Assembly (NCBI GenBank): GCA_043228905.1
Contig: JBHGNT010000008.1
Location: 3,472,001 to 3,536,000 of the forward strand
DNA from: Azolla caroliniana
Taxonomy: Eukaryota > Plantae > Polypodiophyta
Direction of reading: 5' to 3'
DNA length: 64,000 nt
Position numbers and translations under genes: made by a program. Of the stretch, positions 1 to 11,082 are shown piece after piece. Position 1 is the stretch's first letter. Each line of letters begins with the position of its first letter. The notes beneath the pieces were generated by a model. The model was not told where the DNA came from, ran no database searches, and worked only from the letters and a program-made list of their open reading frames with translations.

Positions 1-2583
1 GCCCGAAATACAGCTCATGCACGGACACCTTGTCACCGATCTTGTTTTGGATGTAAATGACCATCCGGACCGCCTCCGCCCAGTAGAAATGGGGCATGCT
101 CTTCTCTTTCAACATTGCCCTTGCCGTGTCGACAAGCAACCAGTTCTTCCTTTCGGCCACACCATTTTGCTCTGGTGTGTATCTGCAACTGAACTCTCTC
201 CGAATTCCTGTTTGCTGCAGATAACTGTTGAATTGGCCGGAAAAGTATTCTTTTCCACCATCTGACCGCAGGCACTTGATCTTCCTCTCTGATTCCCGTT
301 CCACCATGCTTTGGAGGTTCCGGAAACAGTTGAAGACTTTGCTCTTCCGCTCAATGAGGTAGATCCATGTGTGTCGGCTATAGTCGTCAATGAAGGAGAC
401 GAAGTATCGACTCCCGCCAAGACTCACGTTCTGTGCCGGTCCCCATACATCCGAATGAATAAGGTCGAGCTTGTTACGACTACGGTTTCATTCGGTGGGG
501 AATGGAAGCCGGTGTTGCTTCCCGAGTTGGCAGGCTTCACATACTTGGGCCTTCCGGCCACTGAACTTCGGCAAACCGAAAACAAATTGTTTCGATTGCA
601 GGTCTTGAAGCCTCCGGTAATTGACGTGGCCGATCCGCTTGTGCCAGAGATCGATGTCCGATTCAATCTTCTATCCTTTGGCGAACAAAGAGGTGCCGAC
701 GTCATTGGTGTTGAGGATGAATATCCTCCCGTTTCTGCGCCCTTGCGCAATAATCTGGCCCTCCTCCTCGATGAAGCACCCGAGGTGCGTAAACCGCACC
801 TGCATTCCCTGGTCGACGATTTGTCCAACTGACACCAGGTTCTTCGTGATAGTCGGAACGTGTAATACGTTCATAAGCTTCCCCCTCTGTCTGACATGGC
901 TCAAAGGGACTTCACCGATATGCACGATAGGGTGAGGAGTGTCATCTCCGGTTTTGACAACTCCCAGTTGTTCCGGTTTCTCCAGGAAGGAGAACCACTC
1001 CTTGTGGTTCGTCATGTGATTTGAAGCACCGGAATCAACATACCATACGTCCTCTGATTTGGAAGTGGTCTTCTTCATCGAATTTGCCTCGTGCTTCATC
1101 ACCAAGGTAGGCCCCTTACTGGCTTTTCCGGTTTTGGATCCTCCCGATCCTTCTGCGTAGTGCGAGTATTGCCAGTTCTCATGACCGGTTTTGTCGGATC
1201 TAGATCTGTCCGAATCGGCGCGCTTCTTCTAGCACTCGCTTTCTCTGTAGCCCTTTTTGCCACAGTACCAACATTCCGTGGCGGATTTGTCTTGCCGGTC
1301 TCCGGCGCTACCTTGACTCCCCTTGGTTGTGGATGTCCCGGAATTGCTATCGGCATGGTCTCTGTGCCGTCTTTCCTGCTCTTGCCGGCCGCCTCTAGTG
1401 TGTGCTGACCCGCCTCGTCCACCACGCCCACGGGGCCAATCCGCCTCCGTGTATAACATCCGGCTGTCAATGGGTGCATTTGTTGACGCACCGGCGTGGT
1501 TCTCCTCTACAAGGAGCATTGACTGTAAGTCGAAAAATGACGGTGTAATCTCCCTCGTACAGACCGCCGTTCGGAAAGCTCCGAACCTGGACGCTAACCC
1601 ACCAAGTCACACTTGCACCATCTCATCCTCCTCGACGTTTACATTGCCGGAGGTGAGTGAGTCACAAATTTCCTTGATTCGGGCCGTGTAATCGGCCACA
1701 AACAGATTTTTCTGTCGGACATTGCTAAGCTCCTGCCTGAGCTGCAACTTCCTGGCCGTTGTGCTTGCAGCAGAAACCTTCTTCAGGTTTCCCCAAACTT
1801 CTTTTGGCATCTTGGCATCTCAGATATGGCTTACCAGCTGGTCTCCGACACTGGACACAAAGCAGTACATCACTCTGCTTGCCGATTGTTCCCACACAGG
1901 GAAGTCCTTGTGTGTCGCATCAGGTGTTGTGTCGTTAGCTCCGTCGACATAGCTCCAATACCCATGCCCAAGCAGGTACTGGTGCATCTTGTAAGACCAA
2001 GATGCATAGTTGGTTCTGTCGAGCTTCTCCACCAGGAGTGAGCTAGCCATTCCTCTGTCCATTTTTTTTTTTACACTGTTCTGTTCTCACAACCTGTAGG
2101 GTTTGTCTTGCGAAAGCGAATGTCGGCTGCAGAGGTCTTCAACCCTCGCGCTCTGATACCATGTAGAAACAAATAGCGTGCGGAAGCAATAGAAAACAAA
2201 AGACAAAAAACAGGTTTAATGGAGAGCTTAACAGTACATGGGAGAGACAAAGAGAGAGCACACAAAAACTCAATTAAAAAAATACTACTTAGTCTGTACA
2301 TCGTATGTGTTCAGTGAACACTTTTATACAAGTCCATCCGAACTGACAAAAGTACAGTGTACTTCAATGCTCACATGAGCATCTGACACTAACTATGAGA
2401 TATTAACTCCTTAGTAGACTAGCTGCTACTTGGCTTCCGGTTCCTGCTTGATCCAGCTAACCGGCTCCCTAGCTCACCGCCTCACTTGCTCACCGCCTCA
2501 CCGATTTGGCTCATCCTTCTGGATGCCGATCCGGCTCAGGCTTATTTAGCCGATCCGGATCCGGTTGAGCTTGCTGCTCAACA
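1..2583 (-). mobile_element. Ty1/copia LTR retrotransposon (element B), 5' part, degenerate; runs off the window start
   Basis: On the minus strand: 5' LTR 2162-2583 (TGTTGAG...TCTACA) and tRNA-iMet PBS TGGTATCAGAGC at 2150-2161. Fragmented Gag (EKLDRTNYASWSYKM, 1820-2062), zinc knuckle CWYCGKKGYRESEC, protease WYVDSGASNHMT (671-1105) and integrase (YTPEQNGVAERKN, ~135-180). Inserted in the VFNE integrase motif of element A. Confidence 0.92.
2162..2583 (-). repeat. 5' LTR of copia element B
   Basis: TG...CA termini, directly adjacent to the iMet PBS. Confidence 0.85.
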
Positions 2584-3480
2584 GTCTTCAATGAAGACTC
2601 TATTCTCTCTCAGCGGAACCAACAAAAGAAAGTTGGCAAAAAGGTCTCTTTAGAAATCGTAGAAAGACCGACCCACCGGGCCGAATCGGAGATTCGACAA
2701 ACAGTCGACATAGACCGAGCCGATACCACACCTGCCAACTCCGAATCGGCAAGAGGTCCACTAGTCGAAATTGATCCGACTAAGAGATTGACAAGAGTCG
2801 ACAAAGACAAAATCAAAATGACCAAGGAAAAGACCACTCTATCAATGAATCCCACAATAGGGGAGGACAACTTGACATCGCCGAAATCCGATCACAAGGG
2901 CGGGTCATCCAACAAGACTCCTGAAGACTGTCAAAACAATACCGATCAGTCGATCGAGCCACCTAAAGAAATCGAACAGACAACATCGACACCCAAGAGA
3001 TCCAGACGAGTCAAAAGACTGACAGAGTTCTATCAACCGGGTCTCGACAAGTACACTGATGCAGGCGAACCAAGCACATATGAAGGAGCTATAGCCGCAC
3101 CAGACGCCGACACATGGCTACAAGTCATGAAATCCGAGATGGACTCGATTCATTAGAATCAGACATGGGAGCTAGTCGCACTACCAGATAGAAGGAAGCC
3201 GCTACCCTACAAATGGGTCTTCAGGTACAAATACGAACATGGAAGGATTCAAACAAGCCCAAATACAAAGCTCGGCTTGTCGCGAAAGGATTCAAACAAG
3301 AACATGGGGTCGACTATGACGAGATATTCTCACCAATAGTCAAGATGACCACCCTTTGGCTCCTACTTGGGGTCATGGTGACGAAAGACCTAGAGCTCGA
3401 GCAGATGGACGTAAAGACGACATTCCTCCACGGAGACTTGGAAGAAGACATCTACATGTCTCAACTAGTAAGCTTCACGG
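2584..3480 (+). mobile_element. Ty1/copia fragment (element A): end of integrase, linker and start of RT
   Basis: VFNEDS at 2584; DAGEPSTYEGAI...SEMDSIH*; YKARLVAKGFKQEHGVDYDEIFSP; QMDVKTTFLHGDLEEDIYM. Contains stops and frameshifts. Confidence 0.9.
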
Positions 3481-3555
3481 TGAAAATCCACCACTATGTG
3501 CGGATCGTGAGGATGAACCGCCAGGGTTATGGACTAGAAGTGTCATGATATGGCA

Positions 3556-3610
3556 AGACTCGAACCCGTGACCTTATGTGACATGGGTCGAACTCTTAAC
3601 CATTACACTA
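3556..3610 (-). promoter_or_regulatory. tRNA-type Pol III A/B-box promoter inside the chromovirus 5' LTR, antisense (second copy ~14344-14398)
   Basis: Minus strand TAGTGTAATGG (A box, 3610-3600) and GGTTCGAGTC (B box, 3566-3557), starts 44 nt apart as in tRNA genes; the cloverleaf does not fold. Confidence 0.6.
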
Positions 3611-3849
3611 TCTATTGTAATACATAGAATATTATTTTTATTTAAGTTTTAGAAAATTAATGTATATTCCAGATTTCTCTGGAACATTCTAGAAGCTTCA
3701 GGACTACTCTTGAGAACACTATAAAAGGAGGCACAAGGCATTATTTCGAACCAAATCGGTTCAACACCAGTCTTAAGCCTCCTAGCATTCCTTGTATATT
3801 CTTCTCACATAATATATCGCTGTCATCATCATTTTCTCTCCCTCGATCT

Positions 3850-3858
3850 CTCACTCAC

Positions 3859-3890
<32 letters not shown>

Positions 3891-6800
3891 TCTCTCTCTT
3901 TCTCTTAGCATTTTCTTTCTTTCTGTGCATCTGTTTCTCTCCCTCCATCATTATGTACGTTCTATAGCTCATTGGAAAGCTCTTTCAGAGAGCTTTCTAA
4001 CGAATGTTTATTTGCTGAATTTCGTTGCTGGAGTGAGGAGTTATGAGCATTTTTGTCTGCAACCCTCTTTGCCCCACGGCTCCTCAAACTCAATGTAGAT
4101 TTTGAAACCCTAAATCGATTGAAAGGTAGATTCTACTTCTTCTATCATTTTATTAATAGTAAATATGCCAAGAGGAGTAAAAGCCAATGATGATGTGATT
4201 GAAAGCCCAAACAATCAAATGCATACATTGTTAATGGAAAAGATCGCAACTATGTATATCTCATTGCAAGAGACAGTGATGCATATGCAAAGCGAATTGT
4301 ATGCTTGTAAGGAGAGGGAATTAACTCTTCACCATACACTGGAAATGCAAAAGTTAGAGATGAAAGCTTTGCGTGAAGAACTACATGCAATGAAGAACAT
4401 GACTATTCAAATGCAAGATAATAGGATGGAAGGCAAATGTCGAAATAAAATCTACAATTGAAGGGAAGGAAGACGTGATCATGACAAGGTGGAAAGATGT
4501 TCTCTTAAAAGAAACACCAAAAATCACGCAAAAACATCCTAATACCATGAATGTGTTAGATGTAAAGGAGCAATATGAAATCGAAAGAAGAAAGAATAAT
4601 ATTGTCATTAGAGGTATGCAAGAGAATGAAATAGAGAATGCATTATCTCTTGGACAAAATATTACGAAATTCTTTGAGGATCACTTTGCTATGCGAGATG
4701 TTATTGTATATGCCGCACATCGGGTTGGCAAAAAGCAACAAGAGGGAAAGACATCTGGAGCTATTATTTGTACAATCCCCAATGAAGGTAAAAGGGCAAT
4801 GATTCTAGATAGTAGTAAGGTGTACTTAAATGGGACAAGTTATTTTGTAACGGAGGATAGAACTCCACAAGAGCAAGAACGTAGAAGGCAAGCACATGCA
4901 CCACGAAAAGCAAATCAAAATGCATAGCAAGCAATGACCTATGGGACTATAAGTGCTTCACGTTTGAAAGTAATGTTTTGGAATTGTAGAGGATATCCAT
5001 GGAATAAGGGTTTAGGACTCAATGATGTAGCTCAAGGTATGGAAATTATATTTTTGGCTGAAACATGGGAGCATGAGGCAAAACGTATACCTACGATAGA
5101 CGATTACCTCATAAAATCGATATGGCCTCACTCCAAAGGGAATATTGGGCGTGCCGAGATAGCATGTATCTACCATGAGAGCTTAGATAATTCTATCAAA
5201 GTATGCAAATATGATGACTATAAGAGATACATATGGATAGAGGTTAATTTGGGGAAAGAGAAGTTGTATATAGTTGCATGTTACATTCCTCACAAAGACT
5301 CAAACTACTATAGTAGGTTTGGGTTAGATTGTGATGATCCTTTTATAGAGTTATGCCATGATATACTTTCATTTGAGAAGCTTGGTAAAGTTTTAATTAT
5401 AGGAGACTTCAATGCAAGAGTGGAAATTTCCAAAACGTGGAGAAATTTGAAGAAAATGTAGTAGAACATTGTCTATTGCATGACTTAGAGGATTGTGTCA
5501 TGTCAGATTATAGAAAACTTTTGATACATATGCTAAATTGCACAAACTTGATTATCCTAAATGGTATAAAGGCATTCCCATTGACAAATGTGCTCACATG
5601 TTTACCATCCTTGGGTGGAGGAAGTGTGGTTGATTATGCATTAATGTTGGCATGTGATCTATCATTGGTGAATGTGTTTAAAGTTGGTTCTCTATCTCCG
5701 GACTCAGACCACAGGCCATTGTACTTAGAGTTTGCAATTCCACATTCCACTAGATGTCGTGAAGTGAAAGATGAAAAGAGATGTATCATCCGACCGTGCC
5801 ACGAAAAAGCTAAGATGTATGCAAATGAAGTGGAGAACCATTTGTTAAATTTCTCTCTAAGCAACGCTGTTAAAGAAAATTGGCAACATTTGAAGGATAT
5901 AATCCTTAAGGTTGGATATCAATGGTTTAAGAGACATGTGGGTGGGCATAAGGTGTTTAATTTTCCATGTAATTCTTGGTTCGGATGTATGTAAGATGTA
6001 TCTCAAATGGTTTAAGTCCATAGAAGGGGGAATGAAAAGATTGTTGCATGGCACATATACAAGAAAGTAGTGAGGAGAAAAAGAAGAAGATATTTCCAAA
6101 TGCAAGAGATGAAAAAGAAAAACTTGTTTAAGCTCAAACCAAAATTAGCATGGGGACAACTCAAGGGTAAGAAAGAAGATGTGAAAGGTCACTTTACAAA
6201 TACAAGAAAGTAGTGAGGAGAAAAAGAAGAAGATATTTCCAAATGCAAGAGATGAAAAAGAAAAACTTGTTTAAGCTCAAACCAAAATTAGCATGGGGAC
6301 AACTCAAGGGTAAGAAAGAAGATGTGAAAGGTCACTTTACAAATGAAGAGATGCTAGACTATGTACAAAGGTTATATATGCATGAAGGTGTGGCTCCTAT
6401 GGTTGAGAAAATTGAAACTCCATGCACTACATGTATCGATATTGATGATGTCAATAAGGGAATAAAGAATATGGCAAGTGGGAAAGCAATAGATTCAACC
6501 TACGTCTCAAGTGAGCTTTTAAAATGGACAATGCCACACACTCGTCATTGGATAATGACAATTTTAGAGCAAGCTATAAAACAAGGATTTCCAAATGATT
6601 GGCTTATGAATTGGATTAAACCAATATTTAAAGGCGGAGATAAGAATCAAGTAGCAAATTATCGTACAATAATGGTGAGCTCAACTATTGCTAAATTATA
6701 TAGTACTACTATGGAGCAAAAGATAAGCACATGGGCTGAGAGTACAAGCAAAAGAGCACTTGGGCAAGCCGAATTTAGACCAAAACACTCCACCGTGGAT

Positions 6801-8482
6801 CATTAGGTCACATTAAGAGTAATCATGGAAGAGAGTCGACTACAAGGAAAAACACTTTATTGTTGTTTTGTTGATTTCAAGAAAGCTTTTGATACCATAC
6901 CACGAAGTGAGCTTTGGAATAGAATGGTAGACATTGACATGCCATTAGAGTACCTAGTTGTGGTTGCACGCCTATATGAACAAGTTAAATGCCAACTAAA
7001 AATGGATAGTGGATTCTCAAAGAGCTTTTTAAGTAACATGGGGGTCAAGCAAGGATGTCCACTATCACCCACACTCTTTGGCTTATGTATTGATAAATTA
7101 GAAGAAGTGGTGAATAAGGTTGCAAGAGAAGAAGGATGGAATGGCCCCAATTTGATGCAACATGTTATCTTATTGCTTCTATATGCAGATGATGTGGTAC
7201 TCTTCTCATATGATGTTGATAGTATGCAACATTTACTTGGGGTATTAGAAGAATTTTGCCATAGTAGTGGACTAGCAGTGAATGTGGAGAAAACAAAAAT
7301 GATGGTAGTGCAAACCATCCAACCTCATCATTACCCTATGCTCACATATAAAGGTGAACATATACAAGTTGTTAAAAGCTTTAAATATCTTGGTATTGAT
7401 GTACCTGCCACAAATAAATGGAGTGCATGCTTTGATTCTAGACTCCAAGCTAGTTGGAAATCATATTACCTTTTGGAGAACCAATGCAACCAAAGTGATA
7501 CTTGTGGATGGGAAGTAAAATTAATGTTGTTCAATGCCATGGTAACTCAAGTATTGCTTTATGGAGTAGAAGTATGGGGTGGCACCATCTCTCTTAATGC
7601 ATGGAACGAGATTGAGAAAATTCAAAAGATGTTTTTGAGGCAATTAGGAGTTAAATGCACTACCTCTTACCAGGTTATGCTCTTGGAAACGGGTGTTCGA
7701 CCCATAGAACTATTGGCACTCCAAAGAGTATATAAATACATTACAAAAGTCAAGAATATGCCGAATCATCGATTACCACATCTTTCTTGGAATGTTGGAT
7801 GTAAGCTACAAAAGAATCATAAAAGTTGACATAAAGAAATGGTTTAGAAGATGGGGTGTGGATGATCTTTTAGAGCTTTCAGGCAATGCTATGCAATATG
7901 TAATGATTGAGGAAAGGTTGGTGGAATCATTAAGGATGAAGTGGGAGGATGCTAAGAGGACAAAGCTAGAATACTACATTGCAAATGTCAACCCTAAATG
8001 TTGGTCTCAATATAAAGCAAGAATGTCTATTGATCGTATCCAACCTTATCTCATTACCAATATGAGTAGCAATGCTCGTAGAGCCCTTACACTACTTCGC
8101 ACTCGATCTCACAAGTTAGGTATTGAAGTTGCATCATGGTATCAAAATGTAACAAATTTGAAGACATGTAAAGTATGCAATGAAGGCATGGTAGAGGATG
8201 AATGTCACTTGCTCTTCACATGCTCGACATATAGTGCAATTCGTTCAAGATATGTTGACATACTAAGAGGGAGTGATAACTTAAGATCCATACTTAAGAC
8301 ACCACCTAGAAGGTTGAGCTCATATGTGTATGCTTTATTAACACATAGAGACTTTGTGCTTCAACATATGAATACCCCTTCTTAGGAAGGAGACATATAT
8401 CAAGAACACATGTATACTCTAGTCCCATAGGTCAAAATTGGCCTCTTTATGGACGATAAAAATTCTAATTCTAATTCTAATT
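3850..8482 (+). mobile_element. Near full-length LINE (non-LTR retrotransposon, RTE-X-like), degenerate
   Basis: ORF1 4165-4927, frameshifted (coiled coil then RRKNNIVIRG RRM-like motif). ORF2 4934-8385 in pieces: APE endonuclease (WNCRG, ETW, GDFNA, VDY, SDHRP), RT (GVKQGCPLSP, LLYADD, FKYLG) and C-terminal CKVC...ECHLLFTC. 3' tail (AATTCT)3 at 8461-8482. Sits in the (CT)n tract of the gypsy 5' LTR; the 5' boundary is approximate. Confidence 0.92.
6058..6343 (+). repeat. 143-bp perfect tandem duplication inside LINE ORF2
   Basis: tacaagaaagtagtgagg...gtcactttacaaa at 6058 and 6201; frameshifting length. Confidence 0.9.
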
Positions 8483-10165
8483 CCTTCTCTCGAGTGTTCT
8501 ACACCCTCTATTCCTCTTAGTACTAATTTATTCTCTGTCTCGGTACTATTCCTGACAGTTTGAATCGATTTTCCCTCCTTTCCTCTTCCTTTTATCTTCT
8601 TACATATCCCCTTTTTTCCGGTCTTCTTTCCGGTTTTCCTCATCTTCTTACCCCTTTTTTCCCTTCATACTAATCCTCTTATCCTCCCTAGCAAAATGGA
8701 AATTGTTAGCACTCAGGAATACCAATTTGTTTTCTCGAAGCTCCAGTGCTTAAAAGAGAAATTTGTAGCACTAGAACAAGAAAATCACCATTTGCTGGGG
8801 GATCTTCAACAAATAGCGCTGGAAAAACAACAACAACACGGGGAGCTGACATTACATGTACAACAACTTGAAGCGACTATTGTATCACTACAACAACAAG
8901 GATCAAGCACTCAAGGGATTCACAAAGAACCTAAGATCGGTCTTCCTGCAAAATTTGATGGGACCCAATCATAGTTTAGAGGTTTTCTGAATCAGGTACA
9001 TTTAGTGATTCAAATGCATCCTTCTCGATATCCCACCGATGCATCATGAGTGGGACTAGTAGGCACTCTACTTAGTGGCTCAACATTGGCATGGTTCGCT
9101 CCGTTGTTAGAAAAGGAATCTCCATTACTAAAAAAATTTGAAGAATTTATAAGGGAGTTTAAAACCTGTTTTGGAGATACTGACAGCATAAGGACAACAA
9201 TCAACAAAATCCGACGATTACGCCAAGGTGATTCTCTAGCCTCCGCATAGGCTGCAGATTTCCGCCTACTCGCCGCCGATATCCCTTGGGATGATCAAGC
9301 ATTGATGGAGCAATTTCGTTATGGTTTACGCAACAATGTCAAGGATTTACTCTTGACCTTCCCCAAAGAACCAAAGTCATTAACAGAATCAATCAGTCGC
9401 GCGGTGAGATGCGACAACCGCCTTTTCGAACGACATTTGGAACGGCAATTCCAGATGTCGAAGGCAAGATCAGAGCCCACCTACGCCTCAGTGGTAGCGA
9501 AACCTTTTCCGAGGGAGTCATATAATGCGTCTCCAGTGAATACTCCGACTCCGATGGAGATTGACACTACACGTCGTTGCGGACCATTATCGGAAAAAGA
9601 AAAGCAGCGATGTCGAGCAAATCGACTATGTCTTTATTGTGGTGGACCAGGGCATATTGCAGTAAATTATCCCTATAGGCCAAGAAGACAGGTAAGCCAA
9701 ATAGTTGCTAGTTCTAATTGTACTAAACCCGAGTCTATTTCAGTAGGAATATCTTATAGTCCTAATAGTACTAATAGCCGAAATCTAGCGAACAAATTTG
9801 ATGTCCTTAGTTAGTTAGAAGAAGAGTTAAACGACAAGTCTAGCCAAAATAGGAGCCGTTTGGTTGGACAGTCCTAGATCTGTGCAACCCATTAGTGGTT
9901 CCATTCCCTCTAAGCAAGTTAGCAATGTGTTCATAGCCCAAGTAACAATTAGTACTAAAAGTACCCCTCTAGTACGTGTCTTAACACTTCTAGATTCCGG
10001 AGCTACTTCTTGCTTCATGGATAGGAATTTTGCCCAAGCTCATCAGATCTCTCAAAAAACTCCCGTGTCCAGCCTTTGTAGTAGTCATTGATGGTCGTCC
10101 CATTGCTTCCGAAAATATCATAGAAGAGTCAGAGCCCGTTAATATTTTCCTAGATAATCTAGCAT

Positions 10166-11082
10166 TGTCGTGTGGTGCATGACACACATGCCAAGTGTCG
10201 GGATGTGCGCGTCACAAGTGCGGACAAGCACCGGGCCTCTATACGCTAGTGGTTATGGAGGATTGACTATGGGATTTCCGCGTCTACGGGTTGGTCGAAC
10301 GGGACCACCAAGGTCTTTGACCGAAGAGAATGAATCGGGTGAGTTGTGCCTGTAAGGAATTGGCCGTTTAGGTTTATTGTTAAGTCGTCCTTTGTTGTCA
10401 AAGACGCACCCGAACCCGACTCAACGGCACGGTGGATTGACGTGTAGGCAGTTGAAGTAACGCACTAATGTGGTTGAGAGTGTGTGAGAGAGAGAAACGA
10501 AAATTGAGGAAGTGTTTAAGATAGATAAATAGATAGACGGATTGAAATTCCAATTCTACGTTTGAACCCTTGACTTTAATTTAGAAAACCAAGACACATC
10601 ACCAATAAGATAACTAGGTTTTCTTATTAAAATATCTTGATTTAATCCATAGCTTGATTGCTTGATACATAGCTTGTTTGATTCATCGATTGATTTCCAC
10701 TTATATAGATGCCCCCATGCATATGTGCATGTGAGGGTGTAAGACATGCATACAATGCATGAAATGCATGCAATGCATGATGACCATACACCTCATCCAA
10801 GCTCTCATTATGAGCATTCATATGTGAAAAACATAATGATAGTCTAAAGAAATAACTTAGCCTAATGGTAAGTCAATTGTCTTCTATCTTGGAGGTGCAA
10901 GGTTCAATACTTGCACCCCTTCGTATGCTTGAAAATGCAAATAGGCTTTAGGTGTTCTCATTACATTTATATTTACAACATACTAACGTATGAGTGTAAC
11001 CATCACCCCTTTCATTCGTGTGCACATTACACCTTCTCGATTCCACACGATTTTCACACCGTTGCCGAAAATCTTCACGACA
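10166..11082 (-). mobile_element. Solo LTR of the Trp-primed gypsy family, inserted in the chromovirus protease
   Basis: Termini TGTCGTG...CACGACA; flanks GCAT/GCGT (4-bp TSD with one mismatch). Removing it restores FLDNLA-CVVSFNI. Shares blocks with the LTRs at 56614-57350 and 59711-60370. Confidence 0.85.

Noticed and set aside
3549-3617. tRNA-like segments (also 10858, 57175, 60199) as functional tRNA genes
   Set aside because: Acceptor, D and anticodon stems do not pair; only the promoter boxes and a partial T arm remain
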